Assembly: GCA_900617105.1 (NCBI GenBank)
Contig: UYFQ01000001.1
Location: forward strand, 806,001 to 870,000
Reading direction: 5' to 3'
Origin: Hydrurus foetidus
Lineage: Eukaryota
Length of the DNA stretch: 64,000 nucleotides
Shown: one piece after another, positions 38,953-48,272 of the stretch
Numbering within the stretch: position 1 is the stretch's first letter
How the letters are laid out: the number at the start of each line of letters is the position of its first letter
Notes under the pieces: model-generated
The model's database searches: none
Told to the model about the DNA's origin: nothing
What the model saw: the letters and a program-made list of their open reading frames with translations, nothing else
Program-made: the position numbers and the translations under genes

Positions 38953-40392
38953 ATGACTCAAAAATTCGACAACTTCATCAACGGCCAATGGGTCGCGGGT
39001 GCCAGCTACGCACCCAACATCAACCCGTCCAACCTCGCGGACGTGATCGGTGACTACACCCAGGCAGATGCTGCGCAACTCGATGCAGCCGTTCAAGCCG
39101 CGCAAGCCGCTTTCCCCACCTGGGCCACGGGCAATGTGCAGGCCCGCGCTGACGCGCTGGACAAAATCGGCACCGAAATTCTGGCCCGTCGTGAAGAGTT
39201 GGGCACCTTGCTGGCCCGCGAAGAAGGCAAAACCAAGCCCGAAGGCATTGGCGAAGCCACCCGTGCGGGCAACATCTTCAAATTCTTCGCGGGCGAATGC
39301 CTGCGTCTGGCCGGTGAGGTGCTGCCCTCGGTGCGCTCGGGTGTGGGCGTGGAAATCACCCGCGAGCCGATGGGCGTGATTGGCCTCATCACCCCGTGGA
39401 ACTTCCCCATTGCCATCCCCGCATGGAAAGTGGCTCCGGCTTTGGCCTACGGCAATTGCGTGGTCTTGAAGCCTGCGGATTTGGTGCCTGGCTGTGCTTG
39501 GGCGTTGGCCGAGATCATCAGCCGCAGCGGCATTCCCGCTGGTGTGTTCAATTTGGTGATGGGCCGGGGCAGCGTGATTGGCGACCCGCTGGTCAATCAC
39601 CCCGGCATCAACGCCATCAGCTTCACTGGATCGCAAGGTGTGGGTGGCCGTATCGCGCAGCAGTGCGCGGTGAACCTGAAAAAAGTGCAGTTGGAAATGG
39701 GTGGCAAAAACCCGCAAATCATCCTGGACGATGCGGATGTGGCGCAGGCGGTGGAGCTCAGCGTGCAAAGCGCGTTCTTTTCCAGCGGCCAGCGTTGCAC
39801 AGCATCCAGCCGTTTGATCGTGACCGACGGTATCTACGCCAAGTTTGTGGAGGGCGTGAAAGCCCGTATGGCCACCTTGAAGATCGGCGACGCTCTGGCT
39901 GCCGGGGTCGACATTGGCCCGGTGTCCTCACGCGCTCAGCTGGAGATCGACCTGGGCTACGTGGACATTGGCAAAGCAGAAGGTGCTTGTCTGGTCGCCG
40001 GTGGCGAGCGCCTGCAATTGGCAACGGAAGGTTTTTACATGGCCCCCGCCTTGCTGACCGACACCACCGCTGACATGCGCATCAACCGCGAAGAGGTGTT
40101 TGGCCCCGTTGCCAGCATCATCCGCGTAAAGGGCTACGAAGAAGCGCTGCTTGAAGCCAACAACACCCCGTTCGGCCTGTCCGCAGGCATTGCGACCACC
40201 AGCCTCAAGTACGCCACTCACTTCAAGCGCCACAGCCAAGCGGGCATGGTGATGGTGAACTTGCCGACTGCGGGTGTGGATTACCACGTCCCGTTTGGTG
40301 GACGCAAAGGGTCGAGCTTTGGGTCGCGCGAGCAAGGGCGCTATGCGCAGGAGTTCTTCACCACGGTGAAAACGGCGTACACCTTGGCGTAA
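38953..40392 (+). CDS. Aldehyde dehydrogenase, probably 2-oxoglutarate semialdehyde dehydrogenase
   Basis: ITPWNFP, SFTGS, LEMGGKNP, GQRCTA and EEVFGPV motifs. Specificity is inferred from the position after kdgD. Confidence 0.85.
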   Translation: MTQKFDNFINGQWVAGASYAPNINPSNLADVIGDYTQADAAQLDAAVQAAQAAFPTWATGNVQARADALDKIGTEILARREELGTLLAREEGKTKPEGIGEATRAGNIFKFFAGECLRLAGEVLPSVRSGVGVEITREPMGVIGLITPWNFPIAIPAWKVAPALAYGNCVVLKPADLVPGCAWALAEIISRSGIPAGVFNLVMGRGSVIGDPLVNHPGINAISFTGSQGVGGRIAQQCAVNLKKVQLEMGGKNPQIILDDADVAQAVELSVQSAFFSSGQRCTASSRLIVTDGIYAKFVEGVKARMATLKIGDALAAGVDIGPVSSRAQLEIDLGYVDIGKAEGACLVAGGERLQLATEGFYMAPALLTDTTADMRINREEVFGPVASIIRVKGYEEALLEANNTPFGLSAGIATTSLKYATHFKRHSQAGMVMVNLPTAGVDYHVPFGGRKGSSFGSREQGRYAQEFFTTVKTAYTLA

Positions 40393-40429
40393 TCGCGGTA
40401 CTTGTTTTGGGGGGTAAAGTCGCAGGTCT

Positions 40430-41404
40430 ATGACTGCCTTTAATTCCGTTAGCCGCCCCATGACTGTTCTGCCCCACCGTTACTTTTTGGCCGGACTGCT
40501 GGCCTCCGTGGTTTTCGGCGCGTCTGCCCAACTGCCGCAGGATTCAAGGCGTGCAGGCGGCATTGCGGTTGTGCCCGTCAACAGCAGCGTTCGCGCCGCC
40601 ACGTTGGCCAACAAGCCTGTGGCGCTGTTCATGCAGGGGAACCAGCGTTATGCGGTGGTGGGTATTCCGTTGGCGAGCACGGCATCTGTCCAGCTGTATA
40701 CCTTGCCGGATGACCAAATCATCACCTTGTTGCTCACGCCGTTTCACTATGCAAATCAGCACTTGACGCTCAAAGACCAAAGCCAAGTCAACCCGGATGC
40801 CGAGCAGCTTGAGCGCTACGCTCGTGAGGCCAAGGCGCAAAACGCGGTGTACGCTAGTTTTAGCGCGGGTGTGAATGGGGGCGTGAATGCGGATGTGCCC
40901 AGCTTCCCCAGCTTCATCAAACCCACTGAAGGCCGCTATAGCAGCCCCTTTGGCTTCAGACGTTTTTTCAACGGTGAGCCACGTGCGCCGCATTCCGGCT
41001 TGGACATCGCAGCCCCCATCGGCCAAGCCGTGATGGCCCCCGCCGCAGGCATTGTGGTGCAAACCGGTGACTATTTCTTCAACGGCAACACGGTGATGAT
41101 TGACCACGGGCAGGGTCTCATCACCATGCTGTGTCACCTCAGCCGCATTGACGTGGCGATTGGCGATGGGGTGAAGCAAGGCCAGCCGGTGGGATTGGTC
41201 GGGAAGACGGGGCGTGCCACAGGGCCGCATTTGCACTGGTCGGTCAGTCTGAACGATGCGCGGGTCGAGCCGAAATTGCTGCTGGCCAGCCATGACCACC
41301 ATCTCCCCATCAAGCCTCATTTGCTTCAACAAGCCCTACGGTGTGCTCAGCCAGTTCACCGACGAAGGGCGATGGCGTGGGCTCAAGGCCTACATCACCG
41401 CTGA
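40430..41404 (+). CDS. M23 family peptidoglycan DD-metalloendopeptidase (C-terminus probably over-extended by a 1-nt deletion near 41291)
   Basis: SSPFG.RR.FNG..R.PHSGLDIA, GNTVMIDHGQG and GRATGPHLHW motifs. Homology-like sequence ends near 41290; the tail overlaps rluE. Confidence 0.8.
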   Translation: MTAFNSVSRPMTVLPHRYFLAGLLASVVFGASAQLPQDSRRAGGIAVVPVNSSVRAATLANKPVALFMQGNQRYAVVGIPLASTASVQLYTLPDDQIITLLLTPFHYANQHLTLKDQSQVNPDAEQLERYAREAKAQNAVYASFSAGVNGGVNADVPSFPSFIKPTEGRYSSPFGFRRFFNGEPRAPHSGLDIAAPIGQAVMAPAAGIVVQTGDYFFNGNTVMIDHGQGLITMLCHLSRIDVAIGDGVKQGQPVGLVGKTGRATGPHLHWSVSLNDARVEPKLLLASHDHHLPIKPHLLQQALRCAQPVHRRRAMAWAQGLHHR

Positions 41405-41863
41405 AAGCTTCTACGTCGCCGGGCGACTGGATGCCGACAGCGAAGGCCTTTTGCTGCTGACCAACAACGGCAAACTGCAAGCCCGCATTGCAGACCCGCG
41501 TTTCAAAATGGAAAAAACCTACTGGGTGCAGGTAGATGGCATCCCGTCTGAGACCGCACGGCGATGCTGCGCCAAGGTGTTCAACTCAACGATGGCATCA
41601 CCCTGCCAGCGCGTGCCGAGGCGATGGACATGCCGTCTGACCTGTGGGAGCGCACCCCGCCCATTCGCGTGCGTCTCAACAAACCCACCGCTTGGATCTC
41701 ACTCACGATCCGCGAAGGCCGCAATCGCCAAGTGCGGCGCATGACCGCCGCAGTGGGTTTCCCCACCTTGCGCCTGATTCGTGCGGTCATTGGCCCTTAT
41801 AAAGTGAATGCTCTGGCACCGGGGGTATGGGAATATGCGCCACAACCAGATAACTTGTTGTAA
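41292..41863 (+). pseudogene. rluE: RluE-like pseudouridine synthase with a frameshift near 41558
   Basis: FNKPYGVLSQFT, AGRLDADSEGLLLLT and KTYWVQV lie in one frame; LRQGV.L.DG.T.PA and [23 protein letters not shown] lie in another. One added base joins them. Confidence 0.75.
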
Positions 41864-41864
41864 T

Positions 41865-43155
41865 GGGCAGTCCTATAAATTCCCAAATCCAGTCAACGCA
41901 TAAACGATATAAATCGTTTATCTAAGAAGCCTCCTAATCACAAGCCATGATGCAAAGCAGTTTTTTGACCTCGACAAGAGGTACGCGAAGTTGAGCGAGG
42001 CCGGAGATCCGCTGGAGCGGTTGAATGAGGCAATTGACTGGGAGATGTTTCGCACGACGCTCGAGCGCATAGATGTAAAGCCACGCAAAAGCGCAGCAGG
42101 ACGTCCACCAACCTGCCGAATCGTGATGTTCAAGATGCTGCTGCTCCAGCGCCTGCATCAACTCTCAGACGAGCGCTTGGAATACCAAGTGACGGACCGG
42201 CTGTCGTTCATGCGGTTTTTAGGGTTGGAGTTGGCTGGACTTGTACCTGACTCAAGAACCGTCTGGGCCTTTCGCGAAGCGCTCAAGAAGAGCGACCTGA
42301 TGCAGCCCCTGCTGGACAAGCTGACCCAAGCGCTAGGGGATATGGGCGTGGAACTCAAAAGTGGGCAAATCATAGATGCCAGCTTTATCCCCGTACCCAT
42401 CCAGCGCAATGGGCGCGAAGAGAATGCCCAACTCAAAGCAGGCAAGACCCCCGAAGAGTGGATGGACAACGCAAACAAGCTACGGCACAAAGACGTAGAT
42501 GCCCGCTGGACAAAGAAAAGCGGGCAAAGCCACTACGGCTACAAGAACCACATCAACATCGACAAAGACACCAAGCTGATCACGGCGCATGCGTGTACAG
42601 ATGCCAGCGTTCACGACAGCCAAGAGCTTGATACCGTGCTGCGCACACCAGAAGAGGGTGGCAAAGACACGTGGGCAGACAGCGCCTACCGCTCAGAGGA
42701 GCAGGAAAAGGCGCTCCAGGCCAGCCAACACAGCAGCCACATCCATGAGCGGGCGTATCGCAACCATCCTCTGACGGAGGAACAAAAGGCCACCAACAAA
42801 ACCAAGTCCAAAGTACGCGCTCGCGTTGAGCATGTCTTTGGGCACATGGAAAACACAATGGGCGGCATGGGCCTGCGCACCATCGGACTCGCTCGCGCCA
42901 AAGTGGGCGTGGCGTTGATGAACCTCACCTACAACATCAGCCGCATTGAGATACTCATGCGCAACAAGGTTTTTAGCTTCTCTCGCCTGCTCACGCCCAA
43001 AATGGGCCAAGTGGCCTGAAATGGGGGCAAAACCCCCCTTGAAGCGCCTCGAAATCACCAAAAATGCGAAAAAACACAAAACAAATTCGCATTGTGAAAT
43101 GTTTAGCGTCCCAGGCAAGGCTTGGGGTGGTTAACGTCGATTTATAGAACTGCCC
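41865..43155 (+). mobile_element. IS5-family insertion sequence, copy 1 (1291 bp)
   Basis: TIRs GGGCAGTCCTATAAAT / ATTTATAGAACTGCCC (15/16 match); 4-bp TSD TAAT at 41861-64 and 43156-59. Confidence 0.93.
41947..43019 (+). CDS. IS5-family DDE transposase (-1 shift at 41961-67; long ORF from 41991)
   Basis: GRPP, LSDERLE..V.DRLSF.RFLG, IIDAS, HYGYKNH, WADSAY and RARVEHVFG motifs. Confidence 0.88.
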
Positions 43156-43281
43156 TAATGCACATGTACGGTTTTGCGGGCGATGTTGTATTTTTGAGGG
43201 AACGGTTTCCCAGGAACCCTTGTTGGACAGACCGCGTGCCGCTTCTGGCACGGCTGAGATTCCCACGGATAATCTCAAACT

Positions 43282-44043
43282 ATGAGCACTTCAAGCATTT
43301 CTCTTTCTACTTTAACGCCCACTTCTCCTGATGCTGGCAACCTCAACGTTGACCCTGCCGAGCTTGCCAAGTTTTCTGATTTAGCCCACCACTGGTGGGA
43401 TCTGGAGAGCGAATTCCGCCCACTCCACCAGATCAACCCGCTGCGGTTGGACTGGATCAACAGCATCACCCCGCTGTCTGGTCAGCGCGTGCTGGACATC
43501 GGCTGTGGCGGTGGTATTTTGACGGACGCGATGGCCCGCAAAGGCGCGAATGCGCTGGGCATTGATCTGGCGACCAAATCGCTGAAAGTGGCACAGTTGC
43601 ACGCGCTAGAGGTCCAAACCCCCCGCGTGCAATACCGCGAAATCAGCGCTGAGGCCCTAGCCGCTGAGCAGCCGGGCAGCTTTGATGTGGTGACGTGCAT
43701 GGAGATGCTGGAACATGTGCCAGACCCTGCGTCCATCGTGCGCGCCTGCTCGGCGCTGGTCAAGCCGGGCGGCTGGGTGTTCTTTTCCACCGTCAACCGC
43801 AGCCCCAAAGCCTTTGCTTTTGCAATTTTGGGGGCCGAATACATCCTCAATCTGCTGCCACGCGGCACCCACGAGTACGCCAAATTCATCCGCCCCAGCG
43901 AGTTGGTGGGCTGGGCACGCCATGCCGATTTGGATTTGCAGCACACCCGTGGCATGGGCTACAACCCCATCACCCGCCATTACTCGATGGGCACAGACAC
44001 CAGTGTGAATTACCTGTTGGCCACGCAAAAGGCGCTTGTATGA
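43282..44043 (+). CDS. ubiG: Ubiquinone biosynthesis O-methyltransferase
   Basis: NVDPAELAKF..LAH.WWD..SEFRPLHQINPLR, LDIGCGGG, CMEMLEHVPDP and LPRGTHEY motifs. Confidence 0.95.
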   Translation: MSTSSISLSTLTPTSPDAGNLNVDPAELAKFSDLAHHWWDLESEFRPLHQINPLRLDWINSITPLSGQRVLDIGCGGGILTDAMARKGANALGIDLATKSLKVAQLHALEVQTPRVQYREISAEALAAEQPGSFDVVTCMEMLEHVPDPASIVRACSALVKPGGWVFFSTVNRSPKAFAFAILGAEYILNLLPRGTHEYAKFIRPSELVGWARHADLDLQHTRGMGYNPITRHYSMGTDTSVNYLLATQKALV

Positions 44044-44717
44044 CGGTTGCTTCAGCTGTGAAATTCACGAACATTGAGCTGGTGCTGTTTGACCTGGACG
44101 GCACCTTGATCGACAGTGCCCCCGATTTGGGTGCCGCTGCCGACAAAATGCGCACCGACCGTGGCTTGACTTCTTTGCCCCTGGAGAGCTACCGACACAT
44201 GGCCGGTGCCGGTGCGCGTGGCATGTTGGGCATCGCCTTCGGCATGAAACCCGACCATGCGGATTACGACACGATGAAGGAAGAGTTCTTCCAAAACTAC
44301 GAACGCAGCATGACCGTGCGCACCTATGCGTTCGACGGGGTGCCCGAATTGCTGGCTCAGCTCGATGCCAAAGGTTTACCCTGGGGCGTGGTGACGAACA
44401 AATCCAAGCGTTTCACCGACCCACTGACCCAGGCCATGCCCTTGTTTGCCAACGCCGCTACCGTCATCAGCGGCGACACCACACCTCACGCCAAGCCGCA
44501 CCCTGAGCCGCTGTTTGAAGCCGCTCGCCGCGTCGGCATAGCGCCCGCTCGCTGCCTGTACGTGGGCGACGACGAGCGCGACATCGTGGCAGGTCTGGCC
44601 GCTGGCATGGGCACTGTTGCCGCTACCTACGGCTACCTTGGTAGCACGGGCAACACCGCCGAATGGGGTGCCCACGCCCACATTCATCGCGCATTGGATT
44701 TGCTCCATCTCTTGTAA
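44040..44717 (+). CDS. gph: HAD phosphatase (phosphoglycolate phosphatase-like)
   Basis: LFDLDGTLIDSAPD, VVTNK, KPHPEP and YVGDDERD motifs; ATGA overlap with ubiG. Confidence 0.85.
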   Translation: MTVASAVKFTNIELVLFDLDGTLIDSAPDLGAAADKMRTDRGLTSLPLESYRHMAGAGARGMLGIAFGMKPDHADYDTMKEEFFQNYERSMTVRTYAFDGVPELLAQLDAKGLPWGVVTNKSKRFTDPLTQAMPLFANAATVISGDTTPHAKPHPEPLFEAARRVGIAPARCLYVGDDERDIVAGLAAGMGTVAATYGYLGSTGNTAEWGAHAHIHRALDLLHLL

Positions 44718-44747
44718 GCACCAAAAAGCGACTAAAATAGTAATCCT

Positions 44748-45136
44748 GGGGCTGCACTGGTTTCGACGTGGGTTCGGACGCGCAGCAGGGCATGTCGAGG
44801 TTCTGTCACCTCGTTAAACAACAGAAAAAACCTAACTGCAAACGACGAACGTTTCGCACTCGCCGCTTAATTGCGCGTGAGCCTCGTAACAGTAAGCCAA
44901 TAGGCTGGGCAAGGGTTGTAGTGCCGCAAGGTGCCGCAGTCCAGGCTACGGGGTAACTTCATTTGGCTGGGCTCACCTTGGGTAACTTAGGGTAAGTCAA
45001 GAAAATAGGTTGCTGGCGTTTTGCATAGCGTGCCACTGCGCGATGTAAATGGCGAGACTCAAACCAGACGGCTACACATGTAGAACTGTTCGAAGAAGGC
45101 TTGCGGACGGGGGTTCAAATCCCCCCAGCTCCACCA
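44748..45136 (+). ncRNA. ssrA: Transfer-messenger RNA
   Basis: 5' GGGGCTGCACTGGTTTCGAC; tag ORF ANDERFALAA* at 44838-44870; 3' GACGGGGGTTCAAATCCCCCCAGCTCCACCA. Confidence 0.97.
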
Positions 45137-45143
45137 TACATAG

Positions 45144-45175
45144 AAAGCTCAACTGTTTTCAGTTGGGCTTTTTTT
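45144..45175 (+). terminator. Intrinsic terminator after ssrA
   Basis: AAAGCTCAACTG-TTTT-CAGTTGGGCTTT followed by T run. Confidence 0.8.
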
Positions 45176-45486
45176 CGTCTAAAAACTCAATGGTGACGCG
45201 CACTTACGGCATTTTCCTTGTGACAGTTCATAAGGCTATATTCAATAAAATCAATGACTTAGGCGGGTTTGGTTTGCAATTTGAAATTGGTGGGCGGTAG
45301 CGACTGAGAATAGAGAACGTGTGAAACGCGCGCGTTTTTCCGCCATGACCACACGGTATTGATGCGCATCGCTGCGCCATCATTCAATCCGATGCTGCTC
45401 TAGACTCTAGACGTTACTTTAATCGTCACAAGTAAGAAACGATTGTGGTTCGAGCTTGATGCCGCCCGTTATATAAATTTTTGCTC

Positions 45487-46335
45487 ATGACAGAAACTCA
45501 ACCATTCAAGCTGCTTGCAATAGTCGCTGTCGACCCAGCACACCGCGTTCGCTGTCAGCAGCCCCATTGCGGGCATAGTGTCTACGCAAGAATTCATGTT
45601 GTGGATGAAGCGGACCAACTGATTGTGTTGGGCTCTGACTGCTTTGCAAAACGGTATGGTGTAGCTCATACAACCGATTTTCACGGTCATGGTTCTGGTG
45701 GCGGGCGTGTGCTGACAGAGGCAGAGCGCGAAATGCTTGTCAACAACACGAAGGCGCTCTTGGCCCAATTTGAAGCTGAGCGCCAAAGGGAACTTGCGCT
45801 GGCAGAAGAAAAACGTCAAAGGAAATTGGAACTTGCAGAAGTCACGCGCCAAAGAGAACGCGAGATGGCAGAAGCCAAGTTGAACTCTCTGCGTCAACTG
45901 TTCGCGGCAAGACAGGCGCGATTTGAACCATCCCAAATCCAGAGTCCAAGCTCACAACAACAGCCATTTATCGAACCAGAGCCGCCACCAATGGAAGTGA
46001 TTCCACTGCCAAGGTGGGCTGGCCTCAAGAAACTAAATTCCTCATTTTTCGCTTACGGCATGGGTAATGGTCAATACTGGGTACTCATGCAGTCGGCCAG
46101 CCATGCGGGATGCTTCATTGCACCGGCACCAACAACTTTTGAGTCCTGGGACGAAGCGCTGCCTCCCAGCCTTGGGAAGGTGGACGCGGATCGCGAAGTC
46201 TATGTAAGCGACAGCAACATTAACGTCCTGGTCGGTTGGTTTGCATCGCGCTGCAAAAATGGCAGTCGCATCGATAGCGATGCGGTAGCGATTCAGCAGT
46301 TCGCGTTGGCAATACAAAAACCAAATGACACTTAA
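45487..46335 (+). CDS. Hypothetical protein with a Cys/His cluster and a coiled coil
   Basis: CQQPHCGH...GSDC N-terminus, E/R-rich helical middle, globular C-terminus. No family recognised. Confidence 0.6.
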   Translation: MTETQPFKLLAIVAVDPAHRVRCQQPHCGHSVYARIHVVDEADQLIVLGSDCFAKRYGVAHTTDFHGHGSGGGRVLTEAEREMLVNNTKALLAQFEAERQRELALAEEKRQRKLELAEVTRQREREMAEAKLNSLRQLFAARQARFEPSQIQSPSSQQQPFIEPEPPPMEVIPLPRWAGLKKLNSSFFAYGMGNGQYWVLMQSASHAGCFIAPAPTTFESWDEALPPSLGKVDADREVYVSDSNINVLVGWFASRCKNGSRIDSDAVAIQQFALAIQKPNDT

Positions 46336-46421
46336 CGGCTTACTGCCAGAGCGGTCGCTTGCTGGCGCAGAGGCACCAGCGCAACGCTCGTTGCTTGCGT
46401 GAATCAGTAGTCAAATCAACC

Positions 46422-46748
46422 ATGGCGCGGCATAAGCACTACCACGTCTATGTTGTTGAATTGTCCAATGACGTGCTACTCAACGCCCGGTTCATGCGCT
46501 CAAACCCAGATTACCAGCCAGGAAAACCGTGTGTCTACGTTGGAATGACCGGTCTGGACCCGGACGTGCGCTTTGATAAGCACAAGGCTGGAATTCAGGC
46601 CAGCCGCTACGTGCAGGAATATGGCCAGCGCCTGTTGCCGGAAATCTATGAGTTGTACAACCCGCTGACCTACGACGAGGCCCGGAGTTTGGAGGTTGAA
46701 CTGGGCATTGACCTGCGCGAAGGTGGCTTTGGAGTCTGGCAGGCTTGA
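46422..46748 (+). CDS. Small GIY-YIG-like protein
   Basis: YHVYVVEL...VYVGMTG....RF.KH...ARSLE pattern matches the GIY-YIG motif order. Confidence 0.55.
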   Translation: MARHKHYHVYVVELSNDVLLNARFMRSNPDYQPGKPCVYVGMTGLDPDVRFDKHKAGIQASRYVQEYGQRLLPEIYELYNPLTYDEARSLEVELGIDLREGGFGVWQA

Positions 46749-46820
46749 TGCTGGTTCGCTTTCAAAGGGCCACCGCACACAGTCATGAATTCGCAGACTC
46801 ATTGCTGATGCCCGACTAAA

Positions 46821-48111
46821 GGGCAGTTCTATAAATCGACGTTAACCACCCCAAGCCTTGCCTGGGACGCTAAACATTTCACAATGCGAATTTGTTTTGT
46901 GTTTTTTCGCATTTTTGGTGATTTCGAGGCGCTTCAAGGGGGGTTTTGCCCCCATTTCAGGCCACTTGGCCCATTTTGGGCGTGAGCAGGCGAGAGAAGC
47001 TAAAAACCTTGTTGCGCATGAGTATCTCAATGCGGCTGATGTTGTAGGTGAGGTTCATCAACGCCACGCCCACTTTGGCGCGAGCGAGTCCGATGGTGCG
47101 CAGGCCCATGCCGCCCATTGTGTTTTCCATGTGCCCAAAGACATGCTCAACGCGAGCGCGTACTTTGGACTTGGTTTTGTTGGTGGCCTTTTGTTCCTCC
47201 GTCAGAGGATGGTTGCGATACGCCCGCTCATGGATGTGGCTGCTGTGTTGGCTGGCCTGGAGCGCCTTTTCCTGCTCCTCTGAGCGGTAGGCGCTGTCTG
47301 CCCACGTGTCTTTGCCACCCTCTTCTGGTGTGCGCAGCACGGTATCAAGCTCTTGGCTGTCGTGAACGCTGGCATCTGTACACGCATGCGCCGTGATCAG
47401 CTTGGTGTCTTTGTCGATGTTGATGTGGTTCTTGTAGCCGTAGTGGCTTTGCCCGCTTTTCTTTGTCCAGCGGGCATCTACGTCTTTGTGCCGTAGCTTG
47501 TTTGCGTTGTCCATCCACTCTTCGGGGGTCTTGCCTGCTTTGAGTTGGGCATTCTCTTCGCGCCCATTGCGCTGGATGGGTACGGGGATAAAGCTGGCAT
47601 CTATGATTTGCCCACTTTTGAGTTCCACGCCCATATCCCCTAGCGCTTGGGTCAGCTTGTCCAGCAGGGGCTGCATCAGGTCGCTCTTCTTGAGCGCTTC
47701 GCGAAAGGCCCAGACGGTTCTTGAGTCAGGTACAAGTCCAGCCAACTCCAACCCTAAAAACCGCATGAACGACAGCCGGTCCGTCACTTGGTATTCCAAG
47801 CGCTCGTCTGAGAGTTGATGCAGGCGCTGGAGCAGCAGCATCTTGAACATCACGATTCGGCAGGTTGGTGGACGTCCTGCTGCGCTTTTGCGTGGCTTTA
47901 CATCTATGCGCTCGAGCGTCGTGCGAAACATCTCCCAGTCAATTGCCTCATTCAACCGCTCCAGCGGATCTCCGGCCTCGCTCAACTTCGCGTACCTCTT
48001 GTCGAGGTCAAAAAACTGCTTTGCATCATGGCTTGTGATTAGGAGGCTTCTTAGATAAACGATTTATATCGTTTATGCGTTGACTGGATTTGGGAATTTA
48101 TAGGACTGCCC
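46821..48111 (-). mobile_element. IS5-family insertion sequence, copy 2 (1291 bp, inverted)
   Basis: Same TIRs as copy 1; 4-bp TSD TAAA at 46817-20 and 48112-15; translated ORFs identical to copy 1. Confidence 0.93.
46957..48029 (-). CDS. IS5-family DDE transposase (same -1 shift; long ORF 46957-47985)
   Basis: 342-aa ORF identical to copy 1; same six-base run after the out-of-frame ATG. Confidence 0.88.
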
Positions 48112-48272
48112 TAAAGAATATTGATCATTTGCAAAGGGTGGCAGTGTTTGGCTCAACTCCATGCCAAGGGATGAATAGAAGCCATAAATTCTTAATCGAG
48201 GGCGTGGAACACTATATGGTACACTTTAAAAATTATGTACCAACAAGAGCATTTTAAGAATGAAAAATCACC

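Noticed and set aside
43695..44039. 340-aa ORF implying an extended gph
   Set aside because: The upstream part is an alternative frame of ubiG; gph starts at the ATGA overlap at 44040.
41865..48111. Composite transposon carrying ubiG-gph-ssrA
   Set aside because: The outer flanks differ (TAAT versus TAAA) and each IS has its own TSD, so they inserted independently.
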